Of a DNA stretch of 64,000 nt, positions 10,882-21,015 are shown one piece after another. The notes under the pieces were generated by a model that was given only the letters and a program-made list of their open reading frames with translations, made no database searches and was not told where the DNA came from. The position numbers were made by a program, and so were the translations under genes. The stretch is from Candidatus Eremiobacteria bacterium (GTDB taxonomy: Bacteria; Vulcanimicrobiota; Vulcanimicrobiia; Vulcanimicrobiales; Vulcanimicrobiaceae), in contig CAVWUU010000003.1 of assembly GCA_963758295.1 (NCBI GenBank), forward strand, positions 128,001-192,000. Reading direction: 5' to 3'. Each line of letters begins with the position of its first letter. The first letter of the stretch is position 1.

Positions 10882-11790
10882 ATGAATCCACCCCAATCGG
10901 GCATTTTTGCACTCGGCGATTCGTCGCAGATCTTTTTGGAATTTGCACTTGATTGCGGAAAATCGGCGGAAGATTTGGTGAGCTCCGTGGCGGCGATCCA
11001 CGAGCCCCGTACGACGGTCGGGGGAGTGAATTTCGTCGTGGGTTTTCGCCCGGAACTCTTCCGAGAGATCGCGCCCGGCGACACGCCGGACGATGCGCGG
11101 GGATTCGACACGCCGCTCGCCGGGGCCGATGGCTTCGCGATGCCGGCGACTCAGGCCGACTTGTGGTTGTGGTTTGCTGGAGCGTCCTATGACATCGTTT
11201 GGGAAAGCGCTCACGGCGCCGTACGCGCGCTGCAAGGCGTTGGAACGCTCGTGCGCGAGGTAGACGGATGGCCTTACCGCCACAGCCGCGACTTAACCGG
11301 CTTCGAAGACGGAACGGAAAATCCGAACCTGCTCGAAGCGCCCGAAGCCGCGATTGTTGCCGAAGGCAAAAAAGGCGAAGGCGCGAGCATCGTGCTTTTC
11401 CAGCAATGGCGCCACGAACACGAGTGGCTCGCGCTCCCCGTGGAAGACCAAGAGCGCGCAATGGGGCGAACCAAGCGCGATAGTATTGAATTCAGTGAAG
11501 AAGCGATGCCGCCGACGGCACACGTCGCGCGCGCCAAAGACGTGGTCGACGGCGAAGAACGCGACATTTTCCGCCGGAACGTTCCGTACGGGAACGTTAC
11601 GAACTATGGGACGATCTTCGTCGGCTTCAGCGCCGAACAATCGCGCCTCAGGCGCATGTTGGAACGCATGGCCGGAACAGAAGGCGGCGTCCGTGACGAG
11701 TTGACTCGCTACACTACGCCGCTCACCGGAGCGTATTACGTCGTGCCTTCTACGACGGCGCTCAAACGTTTCTCACCCGAATCCGAATAG
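10882..11790 (+). CDS. Dyp-type peroxidase
   Basis: DLTGFEDGTENP, QQWRH, AHV and IFRRNVPYG motifs. Confidence 0.9.
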   Translation: MNPPQSGIFALGDSSQIFLEFALDCGKSAEDLVSSVAAIHEPRTTVGGVNFVVGFRPELFREIAPGDTPDDARGFDTPLAGADGFAMPATQADLWLWFAGASYDIVWESAHGAVRALQGVGTLVREVDGWPYRHSRDLTGFEDGTENPNLLEAPEAAIVAEGKKGEGASIVLFQQWRHEHEWLALPVEDQERAMGRTKRDSIEFSEEAMPPTAHVARAKDVVDGEERDIFRRNVPYGNVTNYGTIFVGFSAEQSRLRRMLERMAGTEGGVRDELTRYTTPLTGAYYVVPSTTALKRFSPESE

Positions 11791-11799
11791 AAAGCAGCT

Positions 11800-12042
11800 A
11801 TGGCAGCCGAAACCAGAACTTTCGAAAACGTCGACCGCACCAAAGTCGACCGCTTGCGATCGTCGCTCGCGGCGTTCGTCACACTTCCCGAGGGCGATCG
11901 CGGCGCGATTTCGAAGAGCGGATTCTCCGGGACGTACGATTACGATGAGCCCGCTCAGCGGCTCATGCTCACGATCGAAGAGGCGCCGGTCTTTGTGCCG
12001 CGGTCGATGGTTTGGTCGACGATCGAACGCGCGCTTTCCTAG
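11800..12042 (+). CDS. Small hypothetical protein
   Basis: 80-aa ORF starting 9 nt after the Dyp stop. Confidence 0.6.
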   Translation: MAAETRTFENVDRTKVDRLRSSLAAFVTLPEGDRGAISKSGFSGTYDYDEPAQRLMLTIEEAPVFVPRSMVWSTIERALS

Positions 12043-12046
12043 CGCC

Positions 12047-13252
12047 TTAGCGACGCCGCCGCGCACGGTAGACGACGCGCGGTTTCGGCGCCTCGATGCT
12101 TGCTTCAGGCTGAAGGGGATTCACCGTGCGCTCGAGACGCTTGCCAAGAACGTACTCGATCCGGCGTATGAGCGGCTCTTCATCGGTAGAAACGAACGTG
12201 ATCGCGTCGCCGCTGGCCTTGGCGCGAGCCGTGCGGCCGATGCGGTGAACGTAGTCTTCGGCGGCCATCGGTACGTCGTAATTGAAGACATGTCCGAGCT
12301 GCGCGACGTCGATGCCGCGAGCGGCAATGTCCGTGGCGACCAGCACGCGGCATTTTCCCTTCCGCAAGCTCTCTAGCGCACGGGTTCTTTGAGATTGCGT
12401 GCGGTCGCCATGCAGCAGCTCCGTCGGGACTTTTTGTTTTGCCAGCGCTGCAGCCAGCCGGTTCGCGCGCGCTTTCGTTCGCGTGAACGCAATCGCCGTA
12501 AAGATGTTGCTATCTTTCAGCAGCTCGAGCAGCAGTTCGGTTTTCTTCTCCGACGGCACGGCATAGAGCGTCTGCGTCAGGGTTTCGACCGGGGGATTCG
12601 TAGCCGCCAGCTCCACGCGGACCGGCTCGTGCAGCATCTCGCGCACAAGCCCGTCGATTGCCGGCGGAAGCGTCGCAGAGAAAAATAGTGTTTGGCGTTG
12701 TGGCGGAAGCTTCTGAAGCACGGCGCGCACCGCCGGAAGAAAACCCATGTCCAGCATGCGGTCCGCCTCGTCCAGGACTACCGTCGATATGGAGTTCAGT
12801 CGCGCAGTTCCGCGCTTAAGGTGATCTTGCAAACGTCCCGGCGTCGCGACGATAATGTCGCAGCCGCGTTTAAAGGCCAGTACTTGCGGGTTGAAACCAA
12901 CACCGCCATAAACGGCGGCTACTTGAACGCCGGTGTGCCGCGCGAGTACCGTCAAATGCTTGGAGATTTGTTCCGCGAGTTCGCGCGTCGGAGCGAGAAT
13001 GAGCGCTCGGGTAGTGCCGCGTGGCTGAGCGGCAAGCGACTGGATGATCGGCAGTCCGAACGCCGCGGACTTGCCGCTGCCGGTCTGCGCGCTCGCTAGC
13101 ACGTCCCGGCCCTCTAGGGCCGGCGGAATCGCCTGTTGCTGGATGGGGGTAGGCTCGCTAAAGTGCAGTTCTTCAAGCGCGCGAAGGAGCTCAGGCATCA
13201 AGCCGAGCTGATTAAAGCTGGAAATCGTTGTCGTTCTTTCGAGTGTGCGCAA
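12047..13252 (-). CDS. DEAD-box RNA helicase (RhlE-like)
   Basis: Q motif, AQTGSGKS, PTRELA, DEAD, SAT and HRIGRTAR. Start codon uncertain. Confidence 0.95.
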   Translation of the reverse strand: MRTLERTTTISSFNQLGLMPELLRALEELHFSEPTPIQQQAIPPALEGRDVLASAQTGSGKSAAFGLPIIQSLAAQPRGTTRALILAPTRELAEQISKHLTVLARHTGVQVAAVYGGVGFNPQVLAFKRGCDIIVATPGRLQDHLKRGTARLNSISTVVLDEADRMLDMGFLPAVRAVLQKLPPQRQTLFFSATLPPAIDGLVREMLHEPVRVELAATNPPVETLTQTLYAVPSEKKTELLLELLKDSNIFTAIAFTRTKARANRLAAALAKQKVPTELLHGDRTQSQRTRALESLRKGKCRVLVATDIAARGIDVAQLGHVFNYDVPMAAEDYVHRIGRTARAKASGDAITFVSTDEEPLIRRIEYVLGKRLERTVNPLQPEASIEAPKPRVVYRARRRR

Positions 13253-13383
13253 TTCGATCGCAAATTCGAAAGATCGCGCGGAGGTAACGCGTCAGTATCG
13301 CATGGAACGGCCTTCGTGTCCAATGGTAAAGTCTGGGGCTTGCTTCCCAGGGAGCGGGCGGGCCTGGTCGGAAGTCCCCGCGC

Positions 13384-14253
13384 ATGCTGAATCGCCCGGC
13401 CGCCAAGACGCGGCCTTTCTTTGCGACGATTAACTGGGGCACGTCCATCGGGATCATCGTCATCCATCTCGGCGCGTTGCTCGCGCTATTCCCGGCTTTC
13501 TTTAGTTGGAAAGCCGTAATCACTATGATCGTGCTTTGCGTGTTTACATCGGCGATCGGCATCTCTCTGTGTTTTCACCGAGCGCTTACGCATCGTGGAT
13601 TGCGCATGGTAAAGCCGCTCGAGTACCTCACGACGGTCTTTGGAACGCTCGCCTTGCAAGGTGGGCCCATCACCTGGGTTGCCACGCACCGCCAGCACCA
13701 TGCCTCCACCGATGCCGAAGGCGATCCGCATGGTGCCGACCGCGGATTCCTCTGGTCGCATTGCGCGTGGCTGTTTACAAATAACGAAAACGTTCCGTCG
13801 GCCGATGCGCGCCGGCGCTTGGCGCGAGACCTTTCCGCCGATCCGTTCTATCGCTTCTTGGATCGCTTCGACGTTCCGTTACAGATTGCGCTCGGCGTCG
13901 CCCTGTATTTCTTCGGCGGCTGGCCGGCGGTCGTGTGGGGAATCTTCGTTCGACTGGTTTTGATGTACCACTCGACCTGGTTCGTGAATTCGGCTTCCCA
14001 CATGTTCGGCTACCGTTCGTTCAAGACGAACGATCTATCTCGTAACAACTGGTGGGTCGCGATTGTCTCGTGGGGCGAAGGCTGGCACAACAATCATCAC
14101 GCGTTCCAATTCTCAGCACGTCATGGTCTGCGTTGGTTCGAATTCGATCCGGTTTGGTGGATCATCAAGCTGCTCGGCTGGGTCAAGCTCGCCCGCGAAA
14201 TCAAAGTCCCGACGATCGAAATGCGCGAGCGGATGAAGTTCGTTCGTAACTAG
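13384..14253 (+). CDS. Delta-9 acyl-lipid/acyl-CoA desaturase
   Basis: His boxes HRALTH, HRQHH and HNNHH. Confidence 0.93.
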   Translation: MLNRPAAKTRPFFATINWGTSIGIIVIHLGALLALFPAFFSWKAVITMIVLCVFTSAIGISLCFHRALTHRGLRMVKPLEYLTTVFGTLALQGGPITWVATHRQHHASTDAEGDPHGADRGFLWSHCAWLFTNNENVPSADARRRLARDLSADPFYRFLDRFDVPLQIALGVALYFFGGWPAVVWGIFVRLVLMYHSTWFVNSASHMFGYRSFKTNDLSRNNWWVAIVSWGEGWHNNHHAFQFSARHGLRWFEFDPVWWIIKLLGWVKLAREIKVPTIEMRERMKFVRN

Positions 14254-14270
14254 CTCGCCTACCAAAGCTT

Positions 14271-14275
14271 GGGTA
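14271..14275 (+). promoter_or_regulatory. GGGTA motif 10 nt before ATG
   Basis: GGGTA-taacggccgc-ATG. Confidence 0.6.
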
Positions 14276-14285
14276 TAACGGCCGC

Positions 14286-15185
14286 ATGACGAGACGTCAG
14301 GCGGTCGTTATTTCTTCCGAGCATTCGCACTCCGGCCGCGCTGCAATCGAAGCCGTTCCGCGGCTGCTGCTCGAACGCGGCGTGGAGATATCCGGGGTCT
14401 ATGTCGAGCGCAATTCAAAGGCGCTCGCGAAGCGCGTGAAGCGGGAAATGAAAGCCGGCGCGCGCCTTATTGTGGTTTGCGGAGGGGACGGGACGCTGAC
14501 GCACTCCGTTCCGCTTTTTGCAAACAAGAACTGCGTGTTGGGCGTCGTGCCGGCCGGGACGGGCAATAGTTTCGCTTGCAGCTTGGGCATCGACGAATCG
14601 TTCGAAGCGGCGGCCGATGCGATTGCGTACGGCGAAGAAGCCTGCGTCGATCTTGGGACCGTGGACGGAACCTATTTCGCAAATTTCCTGACGATCGGCT
14701 TTCCTTCGCAAGTAGCGGGTGAAACGCCGCGCGGGCTCAAGCGTGTTTTCGGGGCGTTCGCGTACGGGGTAGCCGGTTTCGTGCCCTTGCTCGTGCATGC
14801 ATCGTTTCGCGCAACCTTCAAGTGGAAGAAGCATCGCGTTAGCGTTGAGACGCACCAGGCGATCGTGGCGAACGGCCGGGACTTCGGCCATCAACCGTTG
14901 TCCGGAGATGCCTCTCTCGTGGACGGACGCCTCACCGTTTTCGTGCGCGATACGACGAGCAAGATCGATTTGCTGCAGACCTACTTCGCGTTATTGTTGG
15001 GCTCGCAGCATCGTTTACGCGACGCCCATATTTGGTCGACGTCCGATACGCTGAAGATTAGCACGAAGCCCCGCGTTCCGGTAGCCATCGACGGTTCGTT
15101 ACGCTGCAAAACCCCGATTCGCGTGGGCGTCGCTCCGAAGGCACTTCGCGTCCTGGTTCCGTCAGTTAGCGGACTGTCCGAGTGA
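14286..15185 (+). CDS. YegS/Rv2252/BmrU family lipid (diacylglycerol) kinase
   Basis: GGDGT and PAGTGNSFA motifs. Confidence 0.9.
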   Translation: MTRRQAVVISSEHSHSGRAAIEAVPRLLLERGVEISGVYVERNSKALAKRVKREMKAGARLIVVCGGDGTLTHSVPLFANKNCVLGVVPAGTGNSFACSLGIDESFEAAADAIAYGEEACVDLGTVDGTYFANFLTIGFPSQVAGETPRGLKRVFGAFAYGVAGFVPLLVHASFRATFKWKKHRVSVETHQAIVANGRDFGHQPLSGDASLVDGRLTVFVRDTTSKIDLLQTYFALLLGSQHRLRDAHIWSTSDTLKISTKPRVPVAIDGSLRCKTPIRVGVAPKALRVLVPSVSGLSE

Positions 15186-15802
15186 TGCTCCAGACACTGC
15201 TTGCGGCAGCGGCAGTGGTGTGCCTGGCCGTAACATTGCTTTTGGGCTATTCCGTTACTCGTTCCGCTTCGCTATGGCGCATCGATGCAGAGGCTGCGGC
15301 ACTGCGGGGTGCCGGGGCTCCAGCGGCGCTCATGTTCACGCTTAGCGGCCGGGCGATGCCGCTTTTTTTCATTGCGGCCGCGGCATTCGGGATTACGCTT
15401 GCATTGCGTGCGGGGTGGAAGCTCGCTCTCGCCATTTTCCTCGTTCAGCTGATCTCGCAAGCCGGCGCAGAATTGCTGAAGCGGTGGTATCGGCGGCCGC
15501 GGCCGGATTACTGGCTCGTGCACGAAGAGCTCGGCTTTTCGTACCCGAGTGGACATGCAACTACCGCCGTCTTTTTCTACGGCTCGTGGGCCGTGCTCGG
15601 GCTATTACTGCCGATCCCGAAAACGATTTCCGAACCGCTCGCCGCTGCGCTCGGCGCGTGGGCGGGGGGCATCGTGTGGTCGCGGCTTGCACTCGGCGCG
15701 CACTATCCGGTCGACGTGACCGGCGGCGCGTTTTTCGGGGCGATGTGGGCGTGTATATTCTGGCTGCTCGTGCTTTCGCTTCACGCGATGCCCCTCCGCT
15801 GA
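15182..15802 (+). CDS. PAP2 family phosphatase
   Basis: K...RPRP, SYPSGH and SRLALGAHYPVDV motifs. Confidence 0.9.
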   Translation: MMLQTLLAAAAVVCLAVTLLLGYSVTRSASLWRIDAEAAALRGAGAPAALMFTLSGRAMPLFFIAAAAFGITLALRAGWKLALAIFLVQLISQAGAELLKRWYRRPRPDYWLVHEELGFSYPSGHATTAVFFYGSWAVLGLLLPIPKTISEPLAAALGAWAGGIVWSRLALGAHYPVDVTGGAFFGAMWACIFWLLVLSLHAMPLR

Positions 15803-15870
15803 TCGTGTGCCGTTGCTCGTAAAAGGGAAACACTTCTGAAAACGTCTTTATCGAGAGAGGCTTAGCATCC

Positions 15871-18042
15871 ATGCGCCCTTTCGCTGCAGTACTTCTCGCG
15901 TGTTCCCTCCTTGCTGCATGCACCGGAAATCAGTCGTCGACGTCGGAGAGTTCCGCTTCTCCGGGAGAGACCGCTTCGGCGAATGCATCACCGGCTGAAT
16001 CCGCGTCTCCGCTTGAATCCGGATCGCCCGGTACCTCCGCTGCGCCGGCGAATTTCCCCGATGCAACCGTGTTGCTGAATTCACAAAGCGATAACAACAA
16101 CTGGCCGATTTCGGGCAAAACGTATGGCGGCAATCGTTTGACCGGGCTCACGCAAATTACGCCGTCCAACGTCAATCAACTGAAGAAGGCGTGGGTCACT
16201 GCCGTTGCGGACGACGGCGAAGAGGAAGCATCGCCCATCGTTTGGGACGGCGTCGTGTATCTCTCCACCGCGCACGATAATATGCTGGCTCTGGACGGAA
16301 CGACCGGAAAATTAAAGTGGGCGTTCGGCTACAATCCGTCTTACGAGTTGCAATACGCCGTCAATCGCGGCGTGGGATTAGCCAACGGAAACGTGTACAT
16401 CGTTACGCAAGATTGCCGCCTTGTGGCAGTTGACGCCGCCACGGGCACGCAACGCTTCAACGTTCCGGCCTGCCACGATACGTCCGATGCGTGGTACTCC
16501 ACCGCATCGTACGTTTATAAGGACAAGGTGATCGTCGGTACGTCGGGCGGCGATTTGGGCGGCAGCGGATTGGTGAGCGCGTTTGATGCGAATACGGGAA
16601 ACCGTCTATGGGATTGGCACACTGTCGCGCAGCCCGGCGAAGCGGGACACGAAACGTGGCCGGGTGATTCTTGGAAGCACGGCGGTGCCGCGGTTTGGGC
16701 CGGATTGTCGATCGGCCAAGACGACGACACCGTTTATGCAGCTCCGGGAAACGCCGGGCCTAACCTTACGGAATACGGACACAAAGGCAAGAATCTCTAT
16801 TCAGATTCCGTCGTTGCGCTCGACGTGTCCGGGTCGCAGCCGAAGTTGAAGTGGTATTACCAAGTTCTTCAAAACGACACCCACGACGCCGATCCGGCGA
16901 TGCCGCCGGTGCTTTTCGAGGCTAATGTGGGCGGCACGGCGCGCAAGCTTCTTGCAACCGGCGATAAGGCCGGAGACTTCGTCGTCCTGGATCGCACGAA
17001 CGGCCAAGAGGTTTATCGTACCGCCGTAAGCTCGCAGTCGAATCTCGATACGCCTCCAACGACGCAAGGCGTGCATGCATGTCCGAATCACGGTGGCGGC
17101 GTCGAATGGAACGGCGGTTCCTACTCGCCGCAAACAAACATGTTCTACATTCCCAGTACGAATGAATGCGCGACGTGGAAGGTCGTTTACACCGGCGCCG
17201 TTCCGTACGTTCCCGGCCAGCCGTACACCGCCGGGCCGCTGCCGAAGCGACAACCCGCAACCGGCGTGATCACGGCAATCGACATGGGCACCGGTAAGGT
17301 GGCATGGAAAGACGCGGTCCCCTATCCGGCGCAAGGCGGCGTACTCGTGCAGTCCAACGGCTTGATCTTCACGAGCGACGCCAGCGGCCGCGTATACGCG
17401 CTCGACGCGAAGACGGGCAAAGACTTATGGCATGACGACACCGGTTCGTCGATCGTTGCGCCAATCTCCGCATATCAAGGATCTGACGGTAAAGAGTACC
17501 TCGTCCTCATTGCCGGCGAAGCGGGAAATCAGAAGACTCCGAATTTGCCCGCAACGCATGGCGCACGCATCGTCGCGTATACGCTTAATGCGTCGCAAAC
17601 CGCGATGAACGACGCGTCGGGACAACCGAAGGTGAACGTTGCGACCGCCGGCGGAGCAAAGACCGAAAGCGGCAACGCGCCCTCGACCGTGGGCCAAGGC
17701 ACGGCGCCCTATACGGCCGATCAGGCTTCGGCCGGCAAGAAAGTCTTCGAAACCCAGTGTTCGTCGTGCCATGGCGCGCAATTGCAGGGCGTTTCAGCGC
17801 CGGCCTTGAGCGGGCCGCAATTCGCACATGCGAACCTAAACGTTTCGCAGATTTATGCCATCGTCACCAAGCAGATGCCGCTTAGTGCGCCCGGATCGCT
17901 CTCGCAAGACGAATATGCCGACGTGATGGCGTACATTTTGAAACGTGATTGCGTGAAGCCGACCGCCGGAAATGAGAAGTTCCCGAGCACCAATCTTCCA
18001 GTGCTCTCCAAGGTGACGGTCGGCTCCGGAAGCTGCCCGTAA
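15871..18042 (+). CDS. PQQ-dependent dehydrogenase lipoprotein with C-terminal cytochrome c
   Basis: Lipobox LLAAC, PQQ propeller repeats (ALDGTTGKLKW, ALDAKTGKDLW) and heme motif CSSCH. Confidence 0.88.
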   Translation: MRPFAAVLLACSLLAACTGNQSSTSESSASPGETASANASPAESASPLESGSPGTSAAPANFPDATVLLNSQSDNNNWPISGKTYGGNRLTGLTQITPSNVNQLKKAWVTAVADDGEEEASPIVWDGVVYLSTAHDNMLALDGTTGKLKWAFGYNPSYELQYAVNRGVGLANGNVYIVTQDCRLVAVDAATGTQRFNVPACHDTSDAWYSTASYVYKDKVIVGTSGGDLGGSGLVSAFDANTGNRLWDWHTVAQPGEAGHETWPGDSWKHGGAAVWAGLSIGQDDDTVYAAPGNAGPNLTEYGHKGKNLYSDSVVALDVSGSQPKLKWYYQVLQNDTHDADPAMPPVLFEANVGGTARKLLATGDKAGDFVVLDRTNGQEVYRTAVSSQSNLDTPPTTQGVHACPNHGGGVEWNGGSYSPQTNMFYIPSTNECATWKVVYTGAVPYVPGQPYTAGPLPKRQPATGVITAIDMGTGKVAWKDAVPYPAQGGVLVQSNGLIFTSDASGRVYALDAKTGKDLWHDDTGSSIVAPISAYQGSDGKEYLVLIAGEAGNQKTPNLPATHGARIVAYTLNASQTAMNDASGQPKVNVATAGGAKTESGNAPSTVGQGTAPYTADQASAGKKVFETQCSSCHGAQLQGVSAPALSGPQFAHANLNVSQIYAIVTKQMPLSAPGSLSQDEYADVMAYILKRDCVKPTAGNEKFPSTNLPVLSKVTVGSGSCP

Positions 18043-18043
18043 C

Positions 18044-18424
18044 CTACGTCTGCCTCGGGAGCACGGCTTTCACGTAGTGATGGCCGTGCTCGTCCCTGCC
18101 GGCGCAAACGTCCTTCGCGAACTTCGACACAAGAAAAAGCCCACGTCCGCGATCGGCTAGAGGATCGCGCGGCAACGCGGGCGCGAGATTGAATCCCGGG
18201 CCTTCGTCGGCGACCGTCAAGATCGCCTCATTGTTTTGCAGCTCCACCGAAATTTCGATCGCGCCCGGAGCATGATAGACGACGTTCGTAACTAGTTCGC
18301 TATAGATCAGCGACGAGGCAAACGTATCCACCGGGAGCGCGGCATCGTCTTTCACCGCCGTCAAAAAGTTGTGGCAATGCCGTAACGCTTCACTCGCGTT
18401 CGGCGAGCGAAAATTCCACACCAT
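18044..18424 (-). CDS. Stand-alone HATPase_c, anti-sigma factor-like protein
   Basis: SELVTNVVYH, VADEGPG and RGRGLFLV motifs. Confidence 0.85.
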   Translation of the reverse strand: MVWNFRSPNASEALRHCHNFLTAVKDDAALPVDTFASSLIYSELVTNVVYHAPGAIEISVELQNNEAILTVADEGPGFNLAPALPRDPLADRGRGLFLVSKFAKDVCAGRDEHGHHYVKAVLPRQT

Positions 18425-18434
18425 AAATCAGGTA

Positions 18435-18439
18435 TACCC
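18435..18439 (-). promoter_or_regulatory. GGGTA motif 10 nt before ATG
   Basis: Minus strand GGGTA-tacctgattt-ATG. Confidence 0.6.
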
Positions 18440-18518
18440 TAATTTCTCTGCTTGCTTCAGTCGCCGAACGCTTGCATGCAGTAATCGTCGCGGGACGCGG
18501 GAATGCCAAGTTTGCTAT

Positions 18519-19163
18519 ATGGCCTTGCGGATCTACCCCTTCGGCGAAAATGCGCTCGTGTTGGCGCACGAGCCGCCCGCGTCCATCGACATCCAGCGCC
18601 GAATTTGGACGCTAGCCGCGGCTGCGAAGGGGTGGAGCGGCGTCGCGGAGGCCGTTGCGGGCATGAACAACCTCACGGTCTTCTTCGAAGCCGGCATGGA
18701 CCGGCAGTCGTTGGAATCTCAGCTCGCGCAAGGATGGGAGCATTCTGGTGCCGCCCGCGTGCGCGGAGATTTGCACGACGTTGCCGTCCGCTATGGAGGC
18801 TCTTTCGGGCCCGACCTCACCGAAGTCGCGAAACGCTGTGGTATGTCCGAGGCCGAAGTCGTTCGTCTACATTGCGAGCGTGAATTCGAAGTCTATTTCC
18901 TCGGCTTTCAGCCGGGATTTGCGTACCTCGGCGACCTCGATCGAAAACTCGAGGTGCCGCGGCGCTCGGAACCGCGGTCCGCGGTACCGGCCCGATCCGT
19001 CGCAATCGCCGGAATGCACACCGCGATTTATCCGCTTCGCGCGCCGGGCGGCTGGCACGTCATTGGAAGCACGGAAGTGCGTCCGTTCGATCTCGAGCGT
19101 TCCGAACCAGTGCTGTTCAAGCCGGGAGATCGCGTGCGCTTCCGGCCGGTAGACGCCGCATGA
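18519..19163 (+). CDS. pxpB: 5-oxoprolinase subunit B
   Basis: YGGSFGPDL, FLGFQPGFAYL and PGGWHVIG motifs. Confidence 0.92.
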   Translation: MALRIYPFGENALVLAHEPPASIDIQRRIWTLAAAAKGWSGVAEAVAGMNNLTVFFEAGMDRQSLESQLAQGWEHSGAARVRGDLHDVAVRYGGSFGPDLTEVAKRCGMSEAEVVRLHCEREFEVYFLGFQPGFAYLGDLDRKLEVPRRSEPRSAVPARSVAIAGMHTAIYPLRAPGGWHVIGSTEVRPFDLERSEPVLFKPGDRVRFRPVDAA

Positions 19164-20122
19164 CGCGTTTCCTCGAAGTGTTGCGCCCGGGATTGCTTTC
19201 CAGCGTTCAAGACGTTGGGCGGCTGAACCACCGGGCCGAAGGCATTGCTGCATGCGGCGCGTTGGATCCGTTGGCGCTTGCAGCAGCAAACGTTCTTGCC
19301 GGCAATGCCCGCGAGGCTGCGGCCATCGAAATTACGATGGGAAATGCGGCATTTCGATTCTCGACGTCGCTTCGGTTCGCGTTGAGCGGCGCCGAAACGA
19401 ACGCGACGCTCGACGGCTCACCCATTCCGTCTTGGAGTTGCGCGACCGCGACCGCCGGCCAAACGCTCGAATTGCGCGCACCGGTGAGCGGCATGCGATC
19501 TATTCTTGCAGTTGCCGGCGGCGTAGACGTTCCGCAAGTTCTCGATTCACGCAGTACCGATTTGCAAGCGGCATTCGGCGGATTCGGAGGACGCGCGTTG
19601 CGCTGCGGGGACCGCTTGGCGATCGGCCTTACACAAGTCGAACCTCCGGCGAAGTTTCGCATCAAACCGCCGCATTGGCAATTCGATCCGCATGAAGTGG
19701 GCGTTCTGCCGGCTCCCGAGCGCGCGCAATTCACGATCGAATCGCAAGGAGCGTTCTTCGACACGGCGTGGACCGTAACGCCGCAAAGCAATCGAATGGG
19801 CTACCGGCTGGCGGGCGCGGTCTTACGGTGCCGAAGCGATGCAGGCGCGATGCTTTCCGCCGCCGTCTTTCCCGGAGTCATTCAAGTGCCGCCGTCGGGG
19901 TCGCCAATCGTGCTTCTCAACGATGCGCAAACGACGGGCGGGTATCCGCGCATCGGCGTCGTCCGTGAATCGGATCGTTGGAAACTGGCAGGCATTGTGC
20001 TCGGCGCGCAAATCCGGTTTGTCCCTTCGACGCTCGAAGCGGCGGAAGAAGCAAAACGGCACGTCGACCGGTACCTCGACGAAGTGGAAGCTGCCGTTAC
20101 GTCGCGAATGAATTCCCTCTGA
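19160..20122 (+). CDS. pxpC: 5-oxoprolinase subunit C
   Basis: SVQDVGR, SNRMGYRL and DAQTTGGYP motifs. Coupled to pxpB. Confidence 0.92.
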   Translation: MTRFLEVLRPGLLSSVQDVGRLNHRAEGIAACGALDPLALAAANVLAGNAREAAAIEITMGNAAFRFSTSLRFALSGAETNATLDGSPIPSWSCATATAGQTLELRAPVSGMRSILAVAGGVDVPQVLDSRSTDLQAAFGGFGGRALRCGDRLAIGLTQVEPPAKFRIKPPHWQFDPHEVGVLPAPERAQFTIESQGAFFDTAWTVTPQSNRMGYRLAGAVLRCRSDAGAMLSAAVFPGVIQVPPSGSPIVLLNDAQTTGGYPRIGVVRESDRWKLAGIVLGAQIRFVPSTLEAAEEAKRHVDRYLDEVEAAVTSRMNSL

Positions 20123-20124
20123 AG

Positions 20125-20826
20125 ATGACGGTCGATCTGAATGCCGACGTGGGCGAGGGCTGTGCGAACGACGCAGCGCTATTCGAAATCGTAACGTCGG
20201 CAAACATTGCGTGCGGATGGCACGCGGGCGACGAAGAGACAATGCGACGCACCGTGCGCGCCGCGATGACGCACGGCATAGCGATCGGCGCACACCCGTC
20301 GTATCCCGACCGCGAGCGTTTCGGACGCGCGCCGATGAACCGAGCGACCGAAGACGTCTACGCCGACGTGGCGGCGCAACTTCGCTCCCTACACGCGGTG
20401 GTCGCAAAAGAAGGCGGAGCGTTGCGGCACGTGAAGGCGCACGGCGCATTATATAACGCCGCTTCCGCAGATCGCATTATAGCCGACGCCATCGTAGCAG
20501 CGGTGCGCGACTTCGATCCAGCACTGGCAGTCGTCGGACTTGCCGGAGGCGCCCTGATCGACGCAGCGACACGTGCCGGCATGCGCGCCGTCCCGGAAGG
20601 CTTCGCCGACCGCCGTTATGACGGCGCCGGAATGCTCGTGCCCAGAACGGCGCCCGGCGCCTTCGTTGAGAATGCCGACGAAGCTCTGGAGCAAACGCTG
20701 GCGCTAATAGGCCAAAAGGTTCAGTCGATCTGCCTCCACGGTGACGATCCGCATGCGCTGGAGTTTGCGAAGACGCTGCGCGACGGCCTGAAGAATTACG
20801 GCATTTCGATCGCTGCAGTACGATAA
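20125..20826 (+). CDS. pxpA: 5-oxoprolinase subunit A (LamB/YcsF)
   Basis: DLNADVGE, SANIACGWHAGD, HVKAHGALYN and ICLHGD motifs. Confidence 0.93.
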   Translation: MTVDLNADVGEGCANDAALFEIVTSANIACGWHAGDEETMRRTVRAAMTHGIAIGAHPSYPDRERFGRAPMNRATEDVYADVAAQLRSLHAVVAKEGGALRHVKAHGALYNAASADRIIADAIVAAVRDFDPALAVVGLAGGALIDAATRAGMRAVPEGFADRRYDGAGMLVPRTAPGAFVENADEALEQTLALIGQKVQSICLHGDDPHALEFAKTLRDGLKNYGISIAAVR

Positions 20827-21015
20827 ATGTATCGCTAGCGTAAAGGCGGCGCGTTTTACATTATCGACGCGAAAAGACTTGGTAATGCGCTGCGGCGTTT
20901 ATTAACTTGGGTCCTACCCGTTTGCTATATTTGGCCTATCGTAACCAGCCGGGCTCTACGCCGCATGACGCGGTCTTTGGAACCGGCGCATTTTTGACGT
21001 GTCCGGAGGGGACCA

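Noticed and set aside
10823..11461. N-terminal extension of the FUSC ORF to 863 aa
   Set aside because: It is antisense to the well-supported Dyp gene and has no family features.
10882..12042. Dyp peroxidase as encapsulin cargo
   Set aside because: No encapsulin gene is adjacent and no C-terminal targeting peptide is visible.
20830..21015. c-di-GMP or other riboswitch upstream of the DUF11 operon
   Set aside because: I could not identify conserved aptamer motifs or convincing stems. Only a possible extended -10 (TGcTATATT) is visible.
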